A stretch of DNA of 64,000 nt from positions 2,892-66,891 of the forward strand of contig CAWKGC010000021.1 of NCBI GenBank assembly GCA_963849005.1. The letters are read 5' to 3'. The stretch's first letter is position 1; each line of letters starts with the position of its first letter. The notes under the pieces are model-generated. The model worked only from the letters and a program-made list of their open reading frames with translations. It did no database searches and was not told the origin of the DNA. Shown here in pieces: positions 29,711-39,714 of the stretch. The position numbers and the translations under genes were made by a program. The stretch comes from an uncultured beta proteobacterium (lineage in GTDB: Bacteria; Pseudomonadota; Gammaproteobacteria; Burkholderiales; Usitatibacteraceae).

Positions 29711-30176
29711 ACTTCGCTTGACGGAAACGCGCGAGGCCCTTGGCGGCCTCCTTGCGCACCTTGTACTTGATCGGCGGGAACCACCCGAGGAATTTGCCGA
29801 CAGGGCCCAGCGCCTGCGCCGCCCAGCGCCAGAACGGAAAGCTGTCGACGTGGCGCACGATGCGCCCGTCGCGGAAGGCGAAGACAGCCTGGATCACGTT
29901 CACCACCGGAAGGCCGGTCTTGCTGAAGGTGTAGCGCGCGGTCCATTGCGCGGTTCCGCCCTCGTCGTCGGCGGCGGCCCGGTCGAGCTTGATGTCGAGA
30001 TCGGTCGCGCGGGCGAGCAGCATGCGCCACATGTCGGCTGCTTCAGGCCCGCGAAGCATCGGGAACGCAGGATCGGAAAAAGCGACGTCCTCGGCATAGC
30101 ACTGCGCCATCGCATCGCCGTCGCGACGGGCGAAGGCATCGTAGAAGCGGCGTATCAGGGCCTCATTGGGGTGCAT
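29709..30176 (-). CDS. NTF2/SnoaL-like family protein
   Basis: 155-aa 3' part of ORF 29709..31601 starting MHPNEALIRRFYDAFARRDGDAMAQCYAEDVAFSDPAF... The upstream 475 aa of that ORF is antisense to fhs and compositionally non-protein-like. Confidence 0.75.
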   Translation of the reverse strand: MHPNEALIRRFYDAFARRDGDAMAQCYAEDVAFSDPAFPMLRGPEAADMWRMLLARATDLDIKLDRAAADDEGGTAQWTARYTFSKTGLPVVNVIQAVFAFRDGRIVRHVDSFPFWRWAAQALGPVGKFLGWFPPIKYKVRKEAAKGLARFRQAK

Positions 30177-30296
30177 GGCTCGTTCCTTCTTCGGGGAATT
30201 GACTCGCGTCAAGGTGCGGCGAAAGCGCGCCTTCCTATACTGGCCGACAACACGCTGCAGCCATTCTAGCAACAGCGACAACCCCGGGGAGAAGTC

Positions 30297-31968
30297 ATGC
30301 TCAGCGACATCGAGATTGCGCAGAAGTCCACCATGAAACGGATCGGCGAGATCGCCGCGAAGCTGGGCATCCCGGATTCGGCGATCGAGCCCTTCGGCCA
30401 CTACAAGGCCAAGATCTCGCTGGGCTACATCGATACGCTGAAGGGCAAGCCCGACGGCAAGCTGATCCTCGTCACCGCCATCTCGCCCACGCCCGCGGGC
30501 GAAGGCAAGACCACGACCACGGTGGGCCTGGGCGACGCGCTGAACCACATCGGCAAGAAGGCGATCATCTGCCTGCGCGAGCCCTCGCTGGGCCCGGTGT
30601 TCGGCATGAAGGGGGGTGCCGCGGGCGGCGGCTACGCGCAGGTCGTGCCGATGGAGGACATCAACCTGCATTTCACCGGCGATTTCGGCGCGATCCAGCT
30701 CGCCAACAACCTGCTGGCGGCGATGATCGACAACCACATCAACCACGGCAACGACCTCGGCTTCGACGTCCGCCGCATCGCCTGGAAGCGCGTCCTGGAC
30801 ATGAACGACCGGGCGTTGCGCCAGATCACCATCGCGCTGGGCGGCCCCGCCAACGGCTTCCCGCGCGAAGACGGCTTCGACATCGTGGTCGCCTCCGAAG
30901 TGATGGCGATCTTCTGCCTGTCGACCTCGATCAAGGATCTCAAGGAGCGGCTCGGCAACATCGTCTGCGGCTACACCCGGGACCAGAAGCCGATCCTCGC
31001 GCGCGACCTGAAGACGCACGGCGCGATGGCCGCGCTGTTGAAGGACGCGCTCGCGCCCAACCTCGTGCAGACGCTCGAGCATTCGCCCGCCTTCATCCAC
31101 GGCGGCCCCTTCGCCAACATCGCGCACGGCTGCAATTCGGTGCTGGCCACGCAGACCGCGCTCAAGCTGGGCGACTATGTGGTGACCGAAGCGGGCTTCG
31201 GCGCCGACCTCGGCGCCGAGAAGTTCGTCGACATCAAGTGCCGCAAGGCGGGATTGAGGCCCTCGGCGGTCGTGCTGGTCGCGACCATCCGCGCGCTCAA
31301 GTACCACGGCGGCATCGAAGTGAAGGAACTCGGCAAGCCCGATGTCGCGGCGCTCGCCAAGGGGCTCGCCAACATCGAGCGCCACATCAACAACATCCGC
31401 AACAACTACGGGCTGCCTTGCGTGGTGGCGATCAACCATCGCACCGAGGATTCCAAGGAGGAAGTCGAGCCTGCTGATCGAGCGCCTCTCGCACCACGGC
31501 GCGAAGGTGGTGCTCGCCCGCCACTGGGCGGAAGGCGGCAAGGGGGCCGTCGAAGTCGCCAGGGCGGTGGTGGAGATGTGCGAGCAGCCCAACAGCTTCA
31601 AGTTCGTCTACGACGAGCAGATGCCGCTCTGGGACAAGATGAAGGCGATCGCCACCAAGATCTACGGGGCGTCGGACATCACCGGGGACAGCAAGGTGCG
31701 CGCGCAGGTCAAGCGGCTGCAGGAATCGGGCTACGGGCACTATCCGGTGTGCGTGGCGAAGACCCAGTACTCGTTCTCCACCGATCCGCAACTTCGCGGG
31801 GCGCCGTCGGGCCACGTCGTCAACGTGCGGGAGGTGCGCCTCGCCGCGGGCGCGGAGTTCGTGGTGATGGTGTGCGGCGACATCATGACCATGCCGGGCC
31901 TGCCCAAGGTGCCGTCCGCCTGCTCCATCGACGTCAACGACGACGGCAAGATCGTCGGGCTTTTCTAG
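30297..31968 (+). pseudogene. fhs: formate--tetrahydrofolate ligase; one frameshift near 31470
   Basis: [15 protein letters not shown] and [19 protein letters not shown] motifs. The reading continues from ...TEDSKEEVE (frame of 30297) into [16 protein letters not shown]...[11 protein letters not shown]...DDGKIVGLF* (frame of 31342). A single extra base accounts for it. Confidence 0.9.
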
Positions 31969-32032
31969 CGCGGAAAGCATTCCTTGACGCCCTCTCCGGG
32001 CGAACTCGATAATCGGAGCGAGTCCGGGAGGA

Positions 32033-33325
32033 ATGCGTCGCATGGAGAACATCGGCAAGTACCGCGTGTTGAAGGAGCTCGGCCGGGGCGCCGCGGGACG
32101 CGTGTACCTTGCCGACGACCCGTTCTCCAACCGGCGCGTGGCGGTCAAGGTCGCGTTTCCCGAGGCGCTCAAGAGCAGCGACGAAGCCGAGCTCTACCGC
32201 AAGATGTTCCTGAACGAGGCTTCGCTCGCCGGCAAGCTCGTCCACCCCCACATCGTGCAGATCTACGACGCGGTGGTGGAAGCGAAGTTGAGCTACATCG
32301 TCATGGAGTACGTCGAGGGCGGCACGCTGGAGAAGTTCTGCCTGCCCGAGAACCTGCTCGACCCGGCGGAAGTCACCGAGATCGTCTTCAAGTGCGTGCG
32401 CGCGCTTGCCTTCGCCAGCGCGCAGGGCCTCACGCACCGCGACATCAAGCCCGGCAACATCCTCACCGCCGGCGGCACCGAGATCAAGATCGCGGACTTC
32501 GGCGCGTCGATCAACAAGGTGTCCGACCGCACCATCGTCTCGCAGGTGGGTTCCCCCGCCTTCATGGCGCCCGAGTTGATCACCGGGGCGGCGCAGGCCT
32601 CCGAGAGGACCGACATCTACGCGCTCGGCATGACGATGTACTACATGCTTGCCGGCCGGCTGCCGTTCACCGCCACCAACGCGATGAGCATGGCCTACGA
32701 GATCGTCAACATGGAGTTCGATCCGCCCAGCAAGCACCGCGCGGGCGCGGGCCAGGACCTCGACGCGATCGTCATGAAGGCGATCGCCAAGGACCCGAGA
32801 CAGCGCTATGCCAATTGGGACGAGTTCGGCATCGCGCTGGCGCAGAAGGCGATCGCGGGGGAGCCGCGCGCGGGCGAGGACCGCGAACGCGCGGACTCGG
32901 AGCGCCTCACCGTTCTCAAGACGCTGCCCTTCTTCAGGAGCTTCCCGGAAAACGAGATGTGGGAGGTGCTGCGCATCAGCAAGTGGCGCAAGCTCCCGCC
33001 CGGCACGGCGCTGATCGCCGAGGGCGACATCGGCGACTCCTTCTTCATCCTCGCCGGCGGCATGGTGAAGATCACACGCGGCGGCAAGACGCTCAACGTG
33101 CTGACCGCGGGCGATTGCCTGGGCGAGATGTCCTACCTCGTGCAGAAGTCCGGGCCGCGCTCGGCGACGGTCACCACCACCAGCGACTGCCTGGTGATGA
33201 AGATCCGCGCGCAGGACCTGCGCCAGGCCTCGCATTCGTGCCGGCAACTGTTCGACCAGCAGTTCCTGCGCGTGCTCGTGGAGAGGCTCGAGAAGGCGAA
33301 CCAGCAGCTCTCGGTCGCTTCCTGA
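32033..33325 (+). CDS. Ser/Thr protein kinase fused to a C-terminal cyclic-nucleotide-binding domain
   Basis: Kinase motifs GRGAAGRVY, VAVK, HRDIKPGNIL, DFG and APE. The C-terminal region ...FFRSFPENEMWEVL...GDIGDSFFILAGGMVKI...GDCLGEMSYL...RSATV is cNMP-binding-like. Confidence 0.85.
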   Translation: MRRMENIGKYRVLKELGRGAAGRVYLADDPFSNRRVAVKVAFPEALKSSDEAELYRKMFLNEASLAGKLVHPHIVQIYDAVVEAKLSYIVMEYVEGGTLEKFCLPENLLDPAEVTEIVFKCVRALAFASAQGLTHRDIKPGNILTAGGTEIKIADFGASINKVSDRTIVSQVGSPAFMAPELITGAAQASERTDIYALGMTMYYMLAGRLPFTATNAMSMAYEIVNMEFDPPSKHRAGAGQDLDAIVMKAIAKDPRQRYANWDEFGIALAQKAIAGEPRAGEDRERADSERLTVLKTLPFFRSFPENEMWEVLRISKWRKLPPGTALIAEGDIGDSFFILAGGMVKITRGGKTLNVLTAGDCLGEMSYLVQKSGPRSATVTTTSDCLVMKIRAQDLRQASHSCRQLFDQQFLRVLVERLEKANQQLSVAS

Positions 33326-33717
33326 GCGGTCCGCGCATCCGGCCATCGAGCCCCGGCGAAATGATCGCCGGCGAAGAGATGCCCCGCCGCAGCGAGATCC
33401 CCGAAGTGGGGCGATCCGCCGGCGAAGCTCTCCGCTTTCGACCCGGCGCCAGCACGGGCCGCGACCGAGTTGCCGCCCTCGTGACGGGCGGCCTTCGTAG
33501 CGGCGATTCAATTGCTCGGCAGGCATTGCGCTCGAAAGGGAGGGTCCGCCGAGGCGCCGATGGACATCGCTGCGTGAGGCGCGAAGCGCCGTCTCCCGAC
33601 AGCGCAGGCAGGCGAGGCGGGCCGGGCTTCCATCGAGAGGTCGCGGCACTGACGCGAAGCAGGCGGTGCTGGATAAGGACGCCGATCTGACGAGGGCGTC
33701 GGCGCGGTCGTGAACAC

Positions 33718-33834
33718 CTCGTGGCGCCGGGTCGAGGGGAAGCTCCCGCCCTCGCCACCCATTCGCCGGGTCGAAGGAAACCCCCCGCCATCGCCACCCA
33801 TTCGCCGGGTCGAGGGGGACCCCCCGCCCTCGCC
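33718..33834. repeat. 39-bp tandem repeat, about 3 copies (ACCCATTCGCCGGGTCGARGGRRACCCCCCGCCMTCGCC)
   Basis: Units at about 33718 (degenerate), 33757..33795 and 33796..33834. Each holds a G5-A-C5 mini-palindrome. Sits directly 3' of the DUF456 gene. Confidence 0.85.
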
Positions 33835-33842
33835 TCGGCTCC

Positions 33843-34326
33843 CTAGAGCAGGTACGCCGCAATGAAGATCCCGATCATCAGGAACCCGACGACGATCTTG
33901 GCGATCGCGCCGAAAATGAGCCCCAGCCACGTGCCGAGGCCGACCTTGCCGGCCTGGCCGAGGTGGCGCCGCGCGTAGAACTCGCCGGCGACCGCGCCGA
34001 TGAAGGGGCCGAGCAGCAGCCCGGCGAATGCCGAGGAAGATGCCGACGATGCCGCCGATCGTCGCGCCAACCAGCGCCTGCGGGCTCGCGCCGACCTTCT
34101 TCGCGCCGAGCAGCGTGGCGATGAAATCGATTCCGAGCGACAGCGCTGCCAGTACGCCGATCGCCACCAGCGGCCAGGCGCCGACGCGCAGGAACCCTTC
34201 CGCCCAGGCGGCCAGGAGCAGCCCGCCGAACACCATCGGGATGCCGGGAATCAGCGGCACGACGGTGCCCGCCATCCCGATCACGATGACGATTACGGCG
34301 AGCGCCAGCAGGAGGTTGGTTTCCAT
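33843..34326 (-). pseudogene. DUF456-family membrane protein; one frameshift near 34030
   Basis: ORF 33508..34326 begins METNLLLALAVIVIVIGMAGTVVPLIPG...IGGIVGIFLG and continues in ORF 33843..34070 as ...FAGLLLGPFIGAVAGEF...IFIAAYLL*. Confidence 0.7.
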
Positions 34327-34945
34327 TCAGGTCAGTCCCAGGTTGGATGCGGCGGCGCCGAGGAGGAAAGAGGCGATGGCCATGAACACGAGCGAGAACA
34401 CGACGAAGAATACCGACTCGTCTTCCTTAACGCCCAGGAGGCGCACCGCGCCTTGCGAATAGAGCGATATCGCATGCAGGGCGAAAGCGAGGCACAGCAA
34501 GATGCCGGCCGGCATGACCAGCGCAACGCCGGATGCCCAAAGGGGCAGCGCGCCCAGCGTGGCGACATTGAGCGCGAGGCGGTAGTCCGGCCGCACGCGG
34601 GCAAGCGGCGCGACAAGGCAGAAGGCCGCTGCGATTGCGAAGACGGAGATCACGGACAACAGGAACGTGGCTCGCCACCGCGCCGGGAATGCGGTCATTG
34701 CGGACGTGGTAGCCGAAGACAGGGCTCCATTCGCCGCCAAGGAAGGTCATGCCGATGCAGGAGGCGAGGGGCGCGATCAGGGAAAACGGCAGGATGTAGC
34801 GCAGCGCCAGCTCGAGCGGGCCGAGGGGGTGCCGGGCGGCATGGTCCCAGGCGGCTGCGGGGGTGAACAGCATGGACCGCAGCGTCACGAGCGGAGACAT
34901 GGAAGCGGCAAGGACCTGTTGCACGGGACCGGAAATCGGAGGCAT
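34327..34945 (-). pseudogene. Yip1-domain membrane protein; one frameshift near 34700
   Basis: N-terminal half is in ORF 34427..34945 (...LRYILPFSLIAPLASCIGMTFLGGEW...). The C-terminal TM-rich half is in ORF 34327..34740. Confidence 0.6.
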
Positions 34946-35010
34946 ACCCCTATGCTATTCTAGGTTTGCCCTTCGGCAACCACGCTTGGCGCCTATTCCT
35001 TTCCCCCACG

Positions 35011-36498
35011 ATGGCCTCCCTGGAACCGATCGTCCCCCGTGCGCAAAAGCGTGGAATCGTGCGCGATGCGTTGTCGGCCAGCCTGCCTGCCGCAGCCGTG
35101 CTGGCCGAGCGCGAGGAGCTGGTGCCCTACGAGTGCGACGGGCTGTCCGTGTATCGCAAGACACCGCTGGTGGCGGCGCTGCCCCGCGATGAGGCCGAGG
35201 CGGCCGCGGTGATGCGAGTGGCGCGCGAGACCGGCACGCCGGTGGTCGCGCGCGGCTCGGGCACGGGGCTCTCAGGCGGCGCGCTGCCGCACGAGGAGGG
35301 CATCCTCCTGTCGATGGCGAAGTTCAGCCGGATCGTTTCGATCGATGCGCTGGCGCGCACGGCGCATGTGCAGCCGGGCGTGCGCAATGCGCAGATTTCC
35401 GAGGCCGTCGCGCCGCTGGGCCTGTACTACGCGCCGGACCCGTCGAGCCAGATCGCCTGTTCGATCGGCGGCAACGTGGCCGAAAACGCCGGTGGAGTGC
35501 ATTGCCTCAAGTACGGCCTCACCGTGCACAACATCCTCAAGGTGCGCGCCATCACCATCGAAGGCGACCTGATCGACTGCGGCAGCGATGCGCTCGACTC
35601 GCCCGGCTACGATTTGCTGGCGCTCGTCACCGGGTCGGAGGGCCTGCTCGCGGTGACGCTCGAAGTGACGGTGAAGCTGCTGCCGAAGGCGCAGCTCGCG
35701 CAGGTGGTCATGGCGTCGTTCGATTCGGTCGAGAAGGCCGGCGACGCGGTGGCGGCAGTGATCGGCGCAGGCATCGTCCCGGCGGGACTCGAGATGATGG
35801 ACAAGATGGCCACGGCCGCGGTCGAGGATTTCGTCCATGCGCACTACGACCTCGATGCCGCCGCGATCCTGCTGTGCGAATCCGACGGGACTCCCGAGGA
35901 GGTCCGTGAAGAGGTCGGCAAGATGATCGAAGTCATGAAGGCGGCGGGCGCCACGCGGGTGCAGGTATCGCGCGACGACGCCGAGCGGCTGCGCTTCTGG
36001 TCGGGCCGCAAGGCCGCCTTCCCCGCGGTGGGCCGCATCTCGCCGGACTACTACTGCATCGACGGTTCGATCCCGAGGAAGGCGCTGGCGATGGTGCTGC
36101 GGCGCACCGAGGAGTTCTCGAGGCAATACGGCCTGCGCTGCGCGAACGTGTTCCATGCCGGCGACGGCAACCTGCATCCGCTGATCCTCTTCGATGCCAA
36201 CGTCGAAGGCGAGCTGGAAAGGGCCGAGAACTTCGCCGCCGACCTGCTCGAGCTGTGCATCGAAGTCGGCGGCACGATCACCGGCGAGCACGGCGTGGGC
36301 ATCGAGAAGATCAACCAGATGTGCAGCCAGTTCCGCACGCCAGAGCTGCTGCAGTTCCATGCGATCAAGGCTGCGTTCGACCCGCCCGGGCTGCTCAATC
36401 CCGGCAAGGCGATCCCGACGCTCAGCCGCTGCGCGGAGTACGGGCGCATGCGCGTGTCGGGAGGAAAAATGCCGCATGCTGACCTGCCGCGATTCTGA
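35011..36498 (+). CDS. glcD: glycolate oxidase subunit GlcD (FAD-linked oxidase)
   Basis: ATG 35011. ARGSGTGLSGGALP FAD motif, ...FHAGDGNLHPLILFD..., ...GGTITGEHGVGIEK..., LNPGKAIP. Confidence 0.88.
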   Translation: MASLEPIVPRAQKRGIVRDALSASLPAAAVLAEREELVPYECDGLSVYRKTPLVAALPRDEAEAAAVMRVARETGTPVVARGSGTGLSGGALPHEEGILLSMAKFSRIVSIDALARTAHVQPGVRNAQISEAVAPLGLYYAPDPSSQIACSIGGNVAENAGGVHCLKYGLTVHNILKVRAITIEGDLIDCGSDALDSPGYDLLALVTGSEGLLAVTLEVTVKLLPKAQLAQVVMASFDSVEKAGDAVAAVIGAGIVPAGLEMMDKMATAAVEDFVHAHYDLDAAAILLCESDGTPEEVREEVGKMIEVMKAAGATRVQVSRDDAERLRFWSGRKAAFPAVGRISPDYYCIDGSIPRKALAMVLRRTEEFSRQYGLRCANVFHAGDGNLHPLILFDANVEGELERAENFAADLLELCIEVGGTITGEHGVGIEKINQMCSQFRTPELLQFHAIKAAFDPPGLLNPGKAIPTLSRCAEYGRMRVSGGKMPHADLPRF

Positions 36499-37977
36499 TG
36501 GTCGCCGTTCCTCGCGCGGATTCCCGTGCCGCCCTGCTTGCGCAACTCGGCGCGATCACGCCCAAGCCCGCGATCTTCGCCGACGAGGAGTCGCTCCGGC
36601 CGTTCGAGACCGACGCGTTCATCTCCCACCGCGAGGTGCCGCTGGCCGCGGTGCTGCCGGAAAACGAGGAACAGGTGCGCAAGGTGATCGGCGTGTGCCG
36701 CGCGGCCGGCGTTGCCGTGGTGACGCGCGGCGCGGGCACCGGAATTTCCGGCGGGGCGATCCCGAACCGCGACGGCATCCTGCTGGTGATGTCGAAGATG
36801 CGCGGCGTGCTCGCGCGTCGATCGCGCTGGCGCGCAGCGCGACGGTGGAACCGGGCGTGCGCAACCTGCAGATCTCCGATTGCGCCGCGCCGTACGGCCT
36901 TTACTACGCTCCCGATCCGTCAAGCCAGTCGATCTGCTCGATCGGCGGCAACGTGGCCGAGAATTCCGGCGGCATCCATTGCCTCAAGTACGGGCTCACC
37001 ACGCACAACCTGTACGCGGTTCGCGCGATCGATGCCGAGGGCGACGTGCTCGAACTCGGCGGGCCTGCGCTCGACAGTCCCGGCTACGACCTGCTCGCAC
37101 TCATCGCCGGCAGCGAGGGCAACCTCGGCGTGGTCACGCGCGTGACGGTGAAACTCCTGCCCGTACCGCAGGCGACGCAGACGCTGCTTGCCGCGTTTCG
37201 CGGCGTTCCCGAGGCGGCCGAGGCGGTGGGCGCGCATCATCGGCGAAGGCGTCATCCCGGCGGCGCTGGAGATGATGGACAAGGTGGTGATCGACGCCTG
37301 CGAGAAGTTCATGGCGGCGGGATTCCCGCAGGATGCCGAGGCGCTGCTGCTGGTCGAGATCGACGGCGGCCGCGAGGAGGTCGGGGAGGCGATCGCGCAG
37401 GTGCGGGCGATTCTCGAGCGCTGCGGCGCGCAGGAAGTGCGCGCGGCGGAAAGCGCGGAGGAGCGGGAACGCCTGTGGCGTTCACGCAAGGGCGCGTTCG
37501 CCGCGCTGGCAACGATCCGACCCGGATTACTACACGATCGACGGCACCATTCCCCGGCGCTGCCTTCCGGAAATGCTCGAGCGCATCCGCGCGCTCGCCG
37601 CCGAATACCGCCTTCTGGTGGGCAACGTCTTCCATGCCGGCGACGGCAACATCCATCCGTGCATCTTCTACGATGCCAATGTCCCGGGCGAACTGGAGAA
37701 GAGCGAGGAACTGGGCGGGCGCATCCTCGAGATCTGCGTGGAGATGGGCGGCACCATCACCGGGGAGCACGGCGTGGGCATCGAGAAACTGAAGCAGATG
37801 TGCGTGCAGTTCCGCGCCGCCGAGATCGCCGCGTTCCACGACGTGAAGCGCGCCTTTGATCCCGACGGGATCCTGAATCCCGGCAAGGCGGTCCCGACGC
37901 TCAAGCGTTGCGCCGAATGGGGCGGGATGCACGTGCGTGGCGGCCGATTGCCGCGCGCCGACATTCCGCGCTTCTGA
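36498..37977 (+). pseudogene. second GlcD-like FAD-linked oxidase paralogue; at least 3 frameshifts (about 36815, 37230, 37515)
   Basis: Start overlaps the glcD stop (TGATG). The protein can be followed through four ORF-track frames: TRGAGTGISGGAIP... / ...VEPGVRNLQISD...GNVAENSGGIHCLKYG... / ...IIGEGVIPAALEMMD... / ...DYYTIDGTIPR...FHAGDGNIHPCIFYD...GEHGVGIEK... Confidence 0.85.
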
Positions 37978-37985
37978 AACGGGCC

Positions 37986-39055
37986 ATGGCAGAGTTCATG
38001 ACCAATTCCGCGATCGGAGCGCTGTGCGAGAGGGTTCGGCATGCCGCCCAGGCCAGGACGCCACTGCGCATCCGCGGCGGCGGCAGCAAGGACTTCTATG
38101 GCGGCGATTCGACCGGCGAAGCGCTCGATGTCGCGGGCTTTCCGGGCATCGTCGCCTACGAGCCGCGTGAGCTTGTGCTGACGGTGCAGGCGGGCACCCC
38201 GCTTGCGGAAGTGGAGGCCGCGCTCGCCGCCGAGCGGCAGATGCTGGCCTTCGAGCCGCCGCATTTCGGGCCTTCGGCCACGATCGGAGGGGCTGTGGCG
38301 ACAGGACTCTCCGGCCCGCGCCGACCGTATGCGGGCGCGGTGCGCGACTTCGTGCTCGGCACCAACATCGTCAACGGCAAGGGCGAGGCGCTGGCCTTCG
38401 GCGGGCGCGTGATCAAGAACGTCGCGGGCTACGATGTCTCGCGCCTGATGACCGGCGCGATGGGCACGCTCGGCATCCTTACCGAGGTGTCGTTCAAGGT
38501 GCTGCCCGCTGCCGGTCGCGGAAACCACGATGCGCCTCGAGATGGCCGAAGCGCAGGCGATCGAAGTCGATGAACCGGTGGGCGGGGCAACCGCTGCCAC
38601 TGTCCGCCACTTCCTGGAACGCAGGCGTGCTTCACGTCAGGCTTTCGGGCGCGGCGTCCGCCGTCTCCAGTGCGCGCGCGAAAATTGGTGGCGACGAGAT
38701 GCCGGATGGCGGAGATTCTGGAAGGGCCTGCGCGAGCAGGCGGCGCCCTTCTTCTCCGGCCGCAGCTGTGGCGCGTATCCGTGCCGCAGACTGCTGCGCC
38801 GCTCGCGGCATGCCGCAGCCGCAATTGATCGAATGGGGCGGCGGCGTGCGCTGGCTGACGGGCGACCTCGATGCCCGGGCACTGCGCGAGGAGGTTGCGG
38901 CGCTGGGCGGCCACGTCACCTTGTTCCGCGGCGGCGACAAGTCGGTCGGCGTTTTCCATCCCCTCGCTCCTGCGATCGCGAAGATCCACCGCCGCCTCAA
39001 GGACGCCTTCGATCCGGCAGGCATCCTCAACCCCGGCCGCATGCCCGGCTTCTGA
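37986..39055 (+). pseudogene. glcE: glycolate oxidase FAD-binding subunit GlcE; at least 5 frameshifts between about 38505 and 38810
   Basis: ...LRIRGGGSKDFYGG...VAGYDVSRLMTGAMGTLGILTEVSFKVLP, then ETTMRLEMAEAQAIEV / MNRWAGQPLPLSAT... / FWKGLREQAAPFF / LWRVSVPQTAAPLA / QLIEWGGGVRWL...LNPGRMPGF*, hopping between all three frames. Confidence 0.8.
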
Positions 39056-39075
39056 TGCCGGGAACGGCCGCCATC

Positions 39076-39710
39076 ATGTACACGCTCTATTACGCGCCCG
39101 GCTCGTGTTCGATGCTGGTCAACATGCTGCTCGAGGAGCTCTGCCGTCCCGTTCGAGGCGGTGCGCATCGATTTCGGGCGCGGCGAGCATCGGCGACCGG
39201 AGTTTCTCGCGATCAATGCCAAGGGCAAGGTGCCGGCGCTTGTGACTTCCGAGGGGGTGATCACCGAATGCATGGCGATCGCCGAGATGCTCTGCGACCG
39301 CCACGGCGGCGAGGCGCTGCTCGGCAAGCCGGGCAGCGCTCGGCGCGCGAAGACGCTCGAGGCGATGGCAACGCTCGCCACCGAGATCCATCCGCTGTTC
39401 AACCGTTTCTTTCATGAGAGCGATTTCTCCGCCGATCCCGCGGTGCAGGCGGCGGTCAAGGCGCACGGCACCACGAAACTGCTGGCGTGGTTTCGCGAGC
39501 AGGATGCCGCGCTCAAGGGCGAATACTGGTCGGGCGGCGATCGCCAACGGCTCGCCGACCATTACTTCGCCGTCATCGCGCGCTGGGGTCGATGGCTTGA
39601 TCCGCCCGCTACGCGAATGAAGAACATCGAACCCTTCCTCGAGTCGCATGGCGGCGCGCCCCGCCGTTGCGCGCGCCTTGGCGCGCGAGGGCAACACGCT
39701 CTTTTCCTGA
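39076..39710 (+). pseudogene. glutathione S-transferase; 2 frameshifts (about 39145, 39645)
   Basis: MYTLYYAPGSCSMLVNMLLEEL... then ...VRIDFGRGEHRRPEFLAINAKGKVPALV..., then a C-terminal ...MAARPAVARALAREGNTLFS* in a third frame. Confidence 0.75.
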
Positions 39711-39714
39711 CGCC

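Noticed and set aside
29709-31601. A 630-aa minus-strand ORF spanning the SnoaL-like gene and running antisense through fhs.
   Set aside because: Only the last 155 aa (from MHPNEALIRRFY...) look like a real protein. The rest is antisense to the highly conserved fhs coding sequence.
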